58,265 bases of DNA. Source: an uncultured Lentisphaeria bacterium (lineage in GTDB: Bacteria; Fidelibacterota; UBA8477). The notes beneath the pieces were generated by a model. The model did not search any database. It saw only the letters and a program-made list of their open reading frames with translations, and was not told the origin of the DNA. The DNA lies in assembly GCA_964543125.1 (NCBI GenBank), contig CAZIWX010000001.1:1-58265 (forward strand), in the 5' to 3' direction. Every line of letters starts with the position of its first letter. Positions within the stretch are counted from its first letter, which is position 1. This document shows, piece after piece, positions 16,443 through 26,800 of the stretch. The translations under genes were made by a program, and so were the position numbers.

Positions 16443-18268
16443 GAAACAGTGTAATTTCCATCATTGTCCTAATCCCCCTATTCCTCCGCGGTATGGGGGG
16501 CTTGGGCCAAATCGAAGTTGACTGGAACGGTGACCGCTATCCGGATGTGATCACCTGGCGTCAGCATACCGTTGAAGTCAGCCTCAATCAAATGGGGGTG
16601 CTGCAGCCGGCCGGCGTGCTCCGGGATTATCCGGACCAAACGATCAACACGGTGGAAACGACCCTGGACGGACAATCAATATCGGTCGGGTTTACAGATG
16701 GAGGGCACGCTACGATACTCCTTGGTAATCCCATTTCCCGGTACATTTCCCCGCCTCGAATCCCAAGATACGATCCACCGCCCAATACGGTCGATTTCGA
16801 TCTCATCTTCTCCAGCCCCCGGGAGCACTATTCTTTTCGCAGTTTCGGCATGGCCGACCTGGATGGTGACGGCGCGGACGAAGTCCTGACGACCAGATAC
16901 ACACCCGCTCTTGGTGTTAATGCGGTTACGCTGGATGTCTGGAAATCAACCGGGGATAACCAACTGGCAGTCTTCGATACCCTGCCGGGAGCGGTGAGTT
17001 ATTCCACGGAATCGGTGTTAAAGGCGGATGTTGTTAATGATGGTGAAATTTGGACCCTGTTCACACTTCGCATTTCCTCTGAATTTACCATGTTGAAAAT
17101 CGTAAATGACCACTTGCTTTATTACTCACTTATGACAGCGGGATGGTTACCCTATTCTGTTGATGTAGCGGATATCGATCAGGATGGTATAACCGATCTG
17201 GTCACTAATCAGATTTGGGATGGTGACCATCCGCCGACATGGATTTATTTCAATGAGTATGCTTACCAAACACCAAACCATCAAAACTTTTATTACGACG
17301 ATTATTTCAGAATTGAAGGCGTCAACTACGGCGTCAGCTATATCCGGGCCGGGGATATCGATGGGGATGGAATGGAGGAGGTGGTGCTGGGTTCAAGGGG
17401 TGCGCTGTACTATGCCGACACCACCTACATCTATTACTTCGACAAAGCACCGGATTCTTTACAATTCACCTTGAAACGCATTCCCATTCCCTATGCCTTC
17501 AATCCGGCTTATATCGGGCTCTGCGACAGCGACCACGATGGCGTAGACGAAATTCTGGCAATGGGACCCCTGGTTTTATCGCTTAATCCCTGGCGGACGG
17601 CTGAATCCATCATCCTGGTAAAGCAGGAGGACGGGCATTTCCAAATTACCGATATGGATACCACCACTTTGCCTCAAGGTGGATCACATCAGAACATCTT
17701 AAAGGAATATGAGGGAATTTATTATTTTCTAGCTCCTTTTAGCTGGCTTGTTGAAACCGCTCACGGTGTCTCATCATTGTTCCTGTTTAAAATCGAGAGT
17801 GGGCAAATCCAGCATCTGTGGCACAGCCCGTTGATCGACCCCAGTGAAACCTGGTCCGGTGCGATAGGCGACACGGACGGAGATGGCTTGTTGGAAGTGG
17901 CCGGGGTTTTCAATACCTGGAGCTGGCTTTTGTATGAAACCCCTGATATTCATACGGGAATCGCCGCCGAACCTGATCATGGGCTACCGGAGTCATTCAC
18001 GCTTGGACAGCCCTATCCCAATCCGTTCAATGCGGCAGTTCATATTCCCTTCCGGCTGCCGGTTGAGACACACATAAGACTCACCATATACGACGTCACC
18101 GGCCGGCAGGTATGGCAGCCGGCACCGGCTAATTATCAAGCCGGAAACTATAATTTTAGCTGGTTGGGAGAGGATCAGAACGGACGGACGGTGGCAAGTG
18201 GGGTTTATTTTTTACGAATTCAGGCGGGAGACCTGAACCAAACCAGGAAGATTGTATTACTCCGGTAA
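16439..18268 (+). CDS. FG-GAP/VCBS-repeat protein with T9SS C-terminal sorting domain
   Basis: Signal peptide plus several D-x-D-G-D-G...D integrin-like repeats (ADLDGDGADE, ADIDQDGITD, GDIDGDGMEE, CDSDHDGVDE, GDTDGDGLLE). C-terminal ...QPYPNPFNAAVHIPF...IYDVTGRQV...GVYFLRIQAG...RKIVLLR. Confidence 0.8.
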   Translation: MRNSVISIIVLIPLFLRGMGGLGQIEVDWNGDRYPDVITWRQHTVEVSLNQMGVLQPAGVLRDYPDQTINTVETTLDGQSISVGFTDGGHATILLGNPISRYISPPRIPRYDPPPNTVDFDLIFSSPREHYSFRSFGMADLDGDGADEVLTTRYTPALGVNAVTLDVWKSTGDNQLAVFDTLPGAVSYSTESVLKADVVNDGEIWTLFTLRISSEFTMLKIVNDHLLYYSLMTAGWLPYSVDVADIDQDGITDLVTNQIWDGDHPPTWIYFNEYAYQTPNHQNFYYDDYFRIEGVNYGVSYIRAGDIDGDGMEEVVLGSRGALYYADTTYIYYFDKAPDSLQFTLKRIPIPYAFNPAYIGLCDSDHDGVDEILAMGPLVLSLNPWRTAESIILVKQEDGHFQITDMDTTTLPQGGSHQNILKEYEGIYYFLAPFSWLVETAHGVSSLFLFKIESGQIQHLWHSPLIDPSETWSGAIGDTDGDGLLEVAGVFNTWSWLLYETPDIHTGIAAEPDHGLPESFTLGQPYPNPFNAAVHIPFRLPVETHIRLTIYDVTGRQVWQPAPANYQAGNYNFSWLGEDQNGRTVASGVYFLRIQAGDLNQTRKIVLLR

Positions 18269-18278
18269 TTGATTCCTT

Positions 18279-18803
18279 TTACATGGGCCAGAAATTGGAA
18301 TTATTCCAATATTCTTCCCTCAGGTCATCATCCAATCTACGCAGACGCTCCTGATGCTCCAACTCCCAATCGGTTAACCAATGAAACAATTTTTTCCCTT
18401 CCGGGTCTTCAGTGTTTTTTTCCGCCTGCTGATAAAACTTGAAGGCTTTTTCCTCCAGTGTGAGAGCGATATTTATCGCGGAGGAGTCGAAATAACTTTC
18501 CTTGAGTTTGTCCAGGAATTCATGATTCAGAATAGGATCGTCAAAGGCAAACTTTAATTCATCTTCCGTGGGCAGTTCCCATTTTCCCGTATTCATCAAA
18601 TTTTGGAAGGTAATTTTCAGGATTTTCAGGTGATGTTCCTCCTCCCGCGCCATGAATTGAAACAATTCCCGGGCCACGTCGGATCGGGCGGTCCTGGCGG
18701 CCATCAGGAAATATTCATGCCCGTTCATTTCCAATATAATGGCCTGCTTCAGGGCATCTTCCGCAGTCACCAGCCTGGGCTCGGTCCGGGGTGCTGTATT
18801 CAT
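18279..18803 (-). CDS. Ferritin-like / rubrerythrin-family di-iron four-helix-bundle protein
   Basis: Two E...ExxH pairs (EMNGHEYF / AREEEHH and LEEKAFKFY / DWELEHQ). Confidence 0.6.
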   Translation of the reverse strand: MNTAPRTEPRLVTAEDALKQAIILEMNGHEYFLMAARTARSDVARELFQFMAREEEHHLKILKITFQNLMNTGKWELPTEDELKFAFDDPILNHEFLDKLKESYFDSSAINIALTLEEKAFKFYQQAEKNTEDPEGKKLFHWLTDWELEHQERLRRLDDDLREEYWNNSNFWPM

Positions 18804-19078
18804 GAATTCCCTCCTGGTTCAAAACTTTGATTAATATTCCGACCGGCATCTTCCACAACCGGGTTCCGTGTTTGCACACCAAAACCCTCCGCCGTGCGCT
18901 GAATCGCACAAAAAGTTAGGGCCGCGTCCCGCAGGTTGGTCATGGGATCATAGGTCTCATCAAACCGCGCGGTGCATTGGGCGGCGGCCTCGGCACCTTT
19001 AGGACACGGTGTATCGTAGATGGGACACCAGCCTGAGCGAGAATCTTCCGGGGATTGAAGGTTGTGACTCTTCATCAT
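18800..19078 (-). CDS. Small four-Cys protein, unknown function
   Basis: 92 aa with Cys at positions 18, 25, 35 and 57. Its stop overlaps the start of the ferritin-like gene (ATGA). No family recognised. Confidence 0.4.
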   Translation of the reverse strand: MMKSHNLQSPEDSRSGWCPIYDTPCPKGAEAAAQCTARFDETYDPMTNLRDAALTFCAIQRTAEGFGVQTRNPVVEDAGRNINQSFEPGGNS

Positions 19079-19174
19079 TAATTTCCTTAGGTTAGTTTAG
19101 CCGCTACAAAGGTCGTTCCAAGTGTAAATGGCCGTGGTTGACAGACATTTAGGTTCATCAGCGGCGACGAATGA

Positions 19175-20110
19175 CTAGGGGACCGCGATGCGGGCCAGGC
19201 CGGTGCGGGAGAAGGAGCCAAAAACACCCAAACCACCGGTTACACCATACTGAATGGCGGTTCCTCCCGCTCCAATCAGAAATGAGTAAAAGTCATTGGC
19301 CTGATTTTCGTAAAAATAGCCGTAATAATTGGGGTCCAGATTTTTCAGGATAATATGAAGCTGACTGGTGGACGGGCCCCCCTCATTCCGGTAACAATCA
19401 AAGGGGTACGCGGTCGTCCAGGTGGAATCGCCCGACCGCACAAGTTCATTGTAATCCGATCCACAAAAGTAATCATCGGAATAGGTGGCGATTTGGTTGA
19501 TGGCATCCGCTTGAAATTGCCAGGAAATAGTGAAATTGGAATGCAAGACCAATGTATCCGGTAGAATATCGGAATATAATACCGGTTTGGGTGGCGTATG
19601 GGTCTGGCCGGTGAGATGCAGACTATCCGGCGTCGTAATCTCCAATTCATAATCCGTATCCGGTACACCGGTGAAAGTGCCGGCCGGATCCACATAGATT
19701 GATTGATCCGAGCTAAACCGGTTCATGAAACCGTAAGTAGTATCAGCCTGAAGTATAAAATTCCAGGATTGGGTCCCATCCGAGATGGTGACAGCGGCAT
19801 CATCAACCAAATAACTGGAAGCAATGTGCGGCCAGACGTAATAACCATTGTGCTGATGATCGTAGGAATACCAGAGCGTGTCATAAGTGATTGTCTGATC
19901 CGGACTGCTTAAGCCCAATGTTTTATGGACCACCACAAAGCTTTGCAGCGTGGAATCCGTGGAAATCAAGCCGAATACATTCAATTGGGGCGTGGTATCA
20001 CCCGTTACCGGTTCCCAACCCCACTTTCCGCAGCTCCAGAATAATCCCAACCAGAGGGTCGGCACGAGAACAAACAACCGGCGCCGGAAGCGCGAATTCT
20101 TAAAATTCAT
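19175..20110 (-). CDS. DUF4249-like lipoprotein (usual partner of CarboxypepD_reg-type TonB-dependent receptors)
   Basis: Lipoprotein signal (...LWLGLFWSC). It overlaps the 3' end of the upstream receptor gene by 11 nt. Size and context fit DUF4249; the sequence match is from memory only. Confidence 0.5.
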   Translation of the reverse strand: MNFKNSRFRRRLFVLVPTLWLGLFWSCGKWGWEPVTGDTTPQLNVFGLISTDSTLQSFVVVHKTLGLSSPDQTITYDTLWYSYDHQHNGYYVWPHIASSYLVDDAAVTISDGTQSWNFILQADTTYGFMNRFSSDQSIYVDPAGTFTGVPDTDYELEITTPDSLHLTGQTHTPPKPVLYSDILPDTLVLHSNFTISWQFQADAINQIATYSDDYFCGSDYNELVRSGDSTWTTAYPFDCYRNEGGPSTSQLHIILKNLDPNYYGYFYENQANDFYSFLIGAGGTAIQYGVTGGLGVFGSFSRTGLARIAVP

Positions 20111-22586
20111 ACTTCACCCCCACCGTGGGCAGCAACGGAAACATGGGTACACCGAGGCGGCGCACACCAATATACGTACCGGTTTGCCAGTCATAGTTTT
20201 GATTATAGATGTAGGTCAGGGTATTTAAATGATTCGTCAGGTTGATGATCTGGATAAACCACTCTTTTGAACCGTACCTGGTTGGAGTGCGTTTGGAAAA
20301 ACTCATATCCCAGCGAAAATAGCCCGGATAGCGTTCACTGTTCCGGGGTCCATATAAATACCCGGTACTGGTATACCAGGTTGACTGGTCATTCCGGTCA
20401 CCGTAATAATAGGTCTCGGAGCGTCCCCGGATTGGCGTGTAGGGTCCGCCGGTGGAATAGGTGATGGCCGTGCTCATGTGCCAGGCTTTGTTCCATTGCC
20501 AATCTCCCACAATATTGAGCGTGTGGGTGCGGTCATAATTGGGATAAAACCAGTCATTGACCTTATTCCGGCGCTGGGTTAACGACCAGGTATAACCGAT
20601 CCAGCCGCGTAAATTGCCGGTGGTCTTTTTAACAAGCCATTCGATGCCGTAGGCGCCTCCGTCCGTATCGTAAAAATCATTAAATGGATTGGACCGGGAA
20701 GCATCCGAACCTATTAAAAATGAAGTGGGCGGTTTCAGGGTGAGGAGATGTTCGAATGATTTGTAATAAGCCTCCATGCGGATCAGAATGTCCCGCTTGG
20801 TGAGATATTCACCGCCCAGGATGTAGTGCATGGATTGACTTGCGGGGTATTTTTTCGGAATTGCCAACCAGATATCGATGAAATGAAACGTGGCATCCTG
20901 GGGATTTGCCACGCCCAGAAATTGATTGTACACGCCCCAGGCGGCTTTAAGCGAAAAATTGTCTGATAAGAAATATTTAAGTCCCAGGCGCGGCTCCAGG
21001 TACACCTGGTTGGGTTGTAGGGAGTAATGGCCAAGCCGCAACCCCAGTTGCGCCGAAACCAGCGGCGATATTTCCCATTTGTCCTGAATATAAACCGCCT
21101 GTTCAACCGGTTTGGTCAGCATCCACAACAGGGTATCCCGCCGCGTTCTAAAAGTATCGGTCTGCATGTTGCCGTTGAGAAACGTCATTCCGAGATTGAA
21201 CCGCATGGACTTGATTTGCCAGCCACCGTTGAAGGTGTGGCGCGAATTGGCAAACCAGGTCAGCTCCGTTTCCACGGTCCGGTCCTGCACCCAATCGAAA
21301 ATATTCATTTTAAACAAATCACGGTAATAACTGGTGTCGCCGGTAGTGTACTCCCAGCGTTCAGAGTGGTCATCCAGTGCGATCTGAAATCGATACCGGC
21401 TGGATGCCACAAAGGTTTTGGCAATCAGTTTGGGTGAAATAATCCAGCGCCAGGTCAGACTGTTGGTGAAATTACCCCAGCGCCAATCGAAGACGTACCC
21501 GCTCTGATATTTAGTGCGATAATCGGTACCTGCATCGAGGGAGCTGAGGGAACCGGCATATTCTTCCGTGGAATGATCTTTTAGATAAAAAACATCATCT
21601 CCGTAAAACGAACTCCAGGTCAGACGGTGTTTGGATCCAAGATCCAGATTCAGTTTGCCTTGAAAGTCGTAAAAATAATAGGGGAAAATTTGGGTGGGCA
21701 GCTGCGTCCGGCTGCCATCCGGGTTCAGCTTCTTATTATTCCGCAGCCGGTACAGTTGCCAGATGCCATTTGCGATGGCATCAATATAGGTTCGCCGGCC
21801 AGCCAACATCCAGGAGCCCTTGATCCCCATTTTGGGGGTGGTCCTGGGGGTGGGTCCTTCCAGCAGTAATTTACTGGATAGCATTGAAATATTGGCTTTA
21901 CCGGCAAATTTTTCCGTGTTGCCCTCCCGGTTTATAATGTTGAGAATGGAACCCATACGGCCGCCATAGCGCGCTTCAAATCCACCGGCCCGAAAATCGG
22001 CTTCCTTGATTGCATCCGTATTAAAGGTGGAAAAGATGCCCCCCAAATGGGTCGGATTGTAAACCGTGATGCCGTCCAGCATGATGAGATTCTGGTCCGG
22101 CGTGCTGCCTCGGACATACAGGGCACTGGAAAAATCATTGATGGATTGCACTCCCGGCAGCAGTTGGATCGCCCGGAAAACATCCGCCTCCACGAAAGCC
22201 GGCGCGACTTCAATATCACGTTGATCCAGAGTGACCGTGCTGGTGGTGACCAGTTCCTTGAATTTCTGGCGTTCCGCCGTCACGGTGATGGCTTGCCCCT
22301 CCACGGCTTGTTCGGTGAGGCGTATATCCAGCCGTACATTTTCATCCCGGGCAACGGCTACGGGTAATTCCCGCGGTGCATAACCGATGAGGGAAACCAC
22401 CAGCGTATCGGTACCAACCGGTGCGCCGGTGATAACGTAATACCCGTCCACCGTGGAGACGGCGCCCAGAATGGTGCCTTTCAGCATCACATTGGCGTAG
22501 GGCACCGGTTCGCCGGAAGCTTTATCCCGGATAAAGCCGTGAATGGATTGGGCCAATGAAGTCCGGGGTTGTCCCACCAGACTCAA
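20100..22586 (-). CDS. TonB-dependent outer-membrane receptor with N-terminal carboxypeptidase-regulatory-like domain
   Basis: CarboxypepD_reg-like start (GFIRDKASGEPVPYANVMLKG...DGYYVI). Plug domain (...ALYVRGSTPDQNLIMLDGITVYNP...). Long beta-barrel ending ...VGVKYEF. The true start is probably upstream of the TTG at 22586 (see findings). Confidence 0.85.
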   Translation of the reverse strand: MSLVGQPRTSLAQSIHGFIRDKASGEPVPYANVMLKGTILGAVSTVDGYYVITGAPVGTDTLVVSLIGYAPRELPVAVARDENVRLDIRLTEQAVEGQAITVTAERQKFKELVTTSTVTLDQRDIEVAPAFVEADVFRAIQLLPGVQSINDFSSALYVRGSTPDQNLIMLDGITVYNPTHLGGIFSTFNTDAIKEADFRAGGFEARYGGRMGSILNIINREGNTEKFAGKANISMLSSKLLLEGPTPRTTPKMGIKGSWMLAGRRTYIDAIANGIWQLYRLRNNKKLNPDGSRTQLPTQIFPYYFYDFQGKLNLDLGSKHRLTWSSFYGDDVFYLKDHSTEEYAGSLSSLDAGTDYRTKYQSGYVFDWRWGNFTNSLTWRWIISPKLIAKTFVASSRYRFQIALDDHSERWEYTTGDTSYYRDLFKMNIFDWVQDRTVETELTWFANSRHTFNGGWQIKSMRFNLGMTFLNGNMQTDTFRTRRDTLLWMLTKPVEQAVYIQDKWEISPLVSAQLGLRLGHYSLQPNQVYLEPRLGLKYFLSDNFSLKAAWGVYNQFLGVANPQDATFHFIDIWLAIPKKYPASQSMHYILGGEYLTKRDILIRMEAYYKSFEHLLTLKPPTSFLIGSDASRSNPFNDFYDTDGGAYGIEWLVKKTTGNLRGWIGYTWSLTQRRNKVNDWFYPNYDRTHTLNIVGDWQWNKAWHMSTAITYSTGGPYTPIRGRSETYYYGDRNDQSTWYTSTGYLYGPRNSERYPGYFRWDMSFSKRTPTRYGSKEWFIQIINLTNHLNTLTYIYNQNYDWQTGTYIGVRRLGVPMFPLLPTVGVKYEF

Positions 22587-22733
22587 AACGGCGATTATCC
22601 AACCTAATTGTATTTTTTTAACCAGTAATGGATCCTTTCAGGAATGATGCTCAAATTTAAAAGCGGTTAAATCATGAACCCGGTTTTTGCTTCCGGTAAT
22701 ATAAATGTAATCAAACAAGAACCGCTTGCCGTT

Positions 22734-22763
22734 AAAAAAAATCCCCGGCGGGTGCCGGGGATT
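22734..22763 (-). terminator. Rho-independent terminator after the PFOR/DHOD-like pair
   Basis: The 8-bp GC-rich stem TCCCCGGC/GCCGGGGA (22742-49/22754-61) has a GGGT loop and is followed on the minus strand by T8. Confidence 0.65.
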
Positions 22764-22818
22764 TAGCTAGACCATCAAGGAGGAAGTCTATTAACCAAAT
22801 ATCCTTAAAAGGGGCTGT

Positions 22819-23808
22819 CTAGCGATAAGCGTTCAATACTTTCATATAATTCGCCCGCATCAACGCCTCCGGGTCGGCAACGTTGCGGTAATTCATGCTG
22901 CCTTTGAGCTGCTCAACACTTTCATACTCATTTTCATCCAACCAGATAATGATATCGTTCAGGATGGATGCGATGTGCCGGGGCCCATGCTCCAACAGGG
23001 CCGAACACAGCATGGCCGTGTCAGCGCCAACCAGCAGCATTTTGATGACGTCTTCGGCGGCATGAATACCGGTGGTAGCACCGAGGCTCACATCCAAAGC
23101 TGCCGAGAGGACCGAAATCCAACGCAAGGGCAATCGGAGCTCAGCGGAGGAACTCAGGTTGATGCTGGACTCAATTTCCAATGCTTCGAGATTGATATCC
23201 GGTTGATAAAACCGGTTGAACAATGCCAGTCCATCCACACCATTTTCCACCAAGCGCCGGGCAAACGCCGGTAAGGCGCTGAAGTAAGGCGAAAGTTTCA
23301 TGGCTACCGGAATCTCGACCTGGCTTTTTACAGCCTTCAGAATCTCCACATATAAGTCTTCCACTGTGTTGGCCGTGCGGCTGAAATCCGATGGGAGATA
23401 GTAGACATTCAACTCCAGGCCGTTTGCACCGGCTGATTCCATCTTTTTAGCGTAATCAATCCAACCGCCAATCGAAATTCCATTCAGGCTGGCAATAACC
23501 GGGATATCCACCGCCTCTTTCAGCTTACGAATATGCTCCAAATATTCATGGGGTCCCCGAGTGAAATCAGCGGGTTCCGGAAAGTAGGAGAGCGCTTCCG
23601 AAAAACTATCCGTGCCGTAACTCAGAAAATGGTCCAGTTCGTTCGTTTCATGATGAATCTGCTCTTCGAATAGCGAGTACATGATAATAGCTGATGCACC
23701 AGCATCTTCCAGCTTTTTCACGGTGTCAACTTCCCGTGACATTGGTGAGGCGGAAGGAACCAGCGGATTCTTCAGCTCAAAACCCATGTAATTTGTCTTC
23801 AGGCGCAT
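22819..23808 (-). CDS. Dihydroorotate dehydrogenase-like (class-1 DHOD/DHPD family TIM-barrel flavoprotein)
   Basis: 329 aa. N-terminal ...YMGFELKNPLVPSASP... and overall DHOD-family barrel pattern. It starts 13 nt downstream of the PFOR gene. Confidence 0.7.
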   Translation of the reverse strand: MRLKTNYMGFELKNPLVPSASPMSREVDTVKKLEDAGASAIIMYSLFEEQIHHETNELDHFLSYGTDSFSEALSYFPEPADFTRGPHEYLEHIRKLKEAVDIPVIASLNGISIGGWIDYAKKMESAGANGLELNVYYLPSDFSRTANTVEDLYVEILKAVKSQVEIPVAMKLSPYFSALPAFARRLVENGVDGLALFNRFYQPDINLEALEIESSINLSSSAELRLPLRWISVLSAALDVSLGATTGIHAAEDVIKMLLVGADTAMLCSALLEHGPRHIASILNDIIIWLDENEYESVEQLKGSMNYRNVADPEALMRANYMKVLNAYR

Positions 23809-23820
23809 GCCAGCACCTCC

Positions 23821-26800
23821 TTACGCTTCCGGTTCCGGTGATAAATTTGCGAGTTTGCGGTAGTAATCGTACCGGTGCTTGGCAGCTTTTTCAGCTTCGA
23901 CCAGCAGTCTTTGCGCCCGCTCCGGCATACTTTTGGTGAGCATCTTATACCGGGTTTCATTATAGGCATACTCTCTGAAATGGCGCGTGGGTGGTTTGGA
24001 ATCCAACTTCAGAGGATTATGACCTTCCGCTGCCATTTGGGGGTTATAGCGGTACAACGGCCAATGGCCGGTTTCCACCGCCAACTTCTGCTGTTGCATA
24101 CCCTTGGACATGTTAATGCCGTGAGCAATACAGTGACTGTAGGCGATGATGAGGGACGGACCCGGATAAGCTTCTGCTTCCATAAAGGCACGGACTGTCT
24201 GAGCATCATTGGAACCCATGGCGACCTGGGCTACATAGACATAACCATAATTCATGGCCATCATACCCAGGTCTTTTTTATTGTTTGGTTTTCCAGCCGC
24301 GGCAAACTTGGCTACCGCACCGAGCGGTGTTGCTTTGGATGCCTGACCGCCGGTATTGGAGTAAACCTCCGTGTCCAGCACCAGGACATTCACATCACGG
24401 CCGGAGGCCAGGACATGGTCCAGACCACCGTAGCCAATATCATAGGCCCAACCGTCACCGCCCATGATCCAGACACTCTTCTTCACCAGATTTTCAGAAA
24501 CACTTAAAAGCCGTTTTGCCCGGCTATCTGTCAGCCCGGTCAAGATTTTATTCAACTGAGCGACTCGATTTCGCTGATCGTAAATTCCGGGTTCGTCGGA
24601 TTGAGCGGCTTTTAAAATGGCATCAGCCAGATCAGATTTTATCAAACCGGCGGCTTTTAATCCGGTGAGTAATTCATGCGCGTATTGTTGATGTTTATCG
24701 ATAGTGAGCCGAAAGCCAAGTCCAAACTCAGCATTGTCTTCAAACAGGGAATTAGACCAGGACGGCCCGCGTCCCTCGCGGTTCTTGGTCCAGGGTGTCG
24801 TTGGCAGGTTACCGCCGTAAATCGAGGAGCAGCCGGTTGCATTCGCAATGACCATCCGGTCGCCAAATAACTGGGAAGCCAGCTTTACATAGGGCGTCTC
24901 ACCGCAACCGGCACAGGCGCCCGAAAATTCGAATAAGGGCTGCAAAAGCTGTGAGCCTTTGACGGTATGGTGTTTCAGGCGCGACCGGTCAACTTCCGGC
25001 AGCTTCAGGAAAAAATCCCAGTTTTCGCGCTCGGTTTCCCGCAACGGAAGCTGTGGTTCCATATTTATCGCTTTGCGGCTTACATTGCTTTTATCCTTAA
25101 CCGGACAGACATCCACGCAGATTTCGCAGCCCGTACAGTCTTCCACGGCCACTTGCAGTGTGTAAACCTCGCCGGCTTCCCATTCACGGCCGCGCACCTT
25201 GGTCCACTGAAATGTTGCGGGCGCTTCTTTGACTAATTTATCAGCATAGACCTTGGCGCGAATAACGCCGTGGGGGCAAGCCAGAATACATTTGTTACAT
25301 TGAATACAGATGTCTTTATCCCAAACCGGGATTTCCGCGGCAATATTGCGTTTTTCCCATTGGGCGGTAGCGGTGGGCCAGGTACCATCATCCGGGAAAG
25401 CGCTAACCGGCAGATCATCACCTTTACCGGCGATCATCATGGCGGTTACATCCTTCACAAATTGCGGCGCTGTATCGGAAACGACCGAGGATTCGCGTGG
25501 TTTGCCACTGACACTGCGCACTTCGACTCGGTAAAGATTTGCCAGGGTTTGATCCACGGCCTTGAAATTCATACGGACAATTTCATCACCCTTAGTGCCG
25601 TAAGTCTTTTTGATAGCATTCTTGATCTTGGCAATCGCTTCATCCCGTTCGAGTACGCCGGACAAGGCAAAGAAACACGTCTGCATAATGGTATTGATGC
25701 GGACGCCCATACCGGTTTCCCGAGCGACTTTTAGCGCATCAATCGTGTAGAGCTTGAGATTTTTATCAATAATGCCCTGCTGAATATCCCGGGGAATTTT
25801 ATCCCAAACTTCATCAGCGGTATAAGGGGCGTTCAGTAAAAAAGTAGCCCCTCGTTCTGCGTGTTTCAGAATATCCTGCGTCTCCAGAAAAACAAACCGA
25901 TGGCAGGCCAGGAAATTAGCTTTATTTACAAGGTAGGTGGAGTGGATCGGGTTTTTCCCGAAACGAAGATGGGAAACCGTCATGCTACCCGATTTCTTAG
26001 AATCATAAACGAAATATCCCTGGGCGTTATAATCGGTTTCCTCGCCAATAATTTTGATCGAGTTTTTATTTGCACCCACGGTTCCATCGCTGCCCAAACC
26101 GTAAAACATACTGCGGAAGACAGTATCTTCATTGATCGAGAAATCCGGATCGTAGGTCAAACTGGTGTGACCAATATCGTCGTTGATGCCGATGGTGAAA
26201 TGATTTTTGGGCATCTCATTCAATAATTCATCAAAAACACCTTTCACCATCCCCGGCGTAAATTCCTTGGATGACAAGCCATAACGGCCACCGCTGACTT
26301 TGGGCATACTATTGAAGGGCAAGGCCCCCTTACTAGCCGTTTCCATCAGTGCGGTCACCACATCGAGATACAGTGGTTCACCCGGGCCGCCGGCTTCTTT
26401 GGTCCGATCCAGCACGGCAATCGACTTTGCCGACTTTGGAATGGCATCAATGAACGCTTTCACTGAAAAGGGCCGATACAACCGAACCTTGAGTACACCG
26501 ACTTTTTCACCGGACGCAGCGAGAAATTCGGCGGTTTCCTGGGCTGCTTCAGCGCCGGACCCCATGAGAATGATAATGCGTTCGGCAGCGGGGGCGCCCA
26601 CATAGTCGAATAGATGGTATTGCCGGCCGGTAAGCTTACCAAACTGATCCATGGCAGCCTGTACGATTGCCGGGGCTTGGTCATAATACGGATTAACCGT
26701 TTCACGAACCTGAAAGAACACATCAGGATTTTGTGCCGTGCCGCGTAAAACCGGCTTATTGGGGTTCAAAGCCCGTTGACGATGGGCAATGACCAGATCG

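Noticed and set aside
16324-16521. 65-aa plus-strand ORF spanning the junction of the two FG-GAP genes
   Set aside because: It is out of frame with both. The biologically sensible reading of 16227-16442 is the T9SS sorting domain in the third frame.
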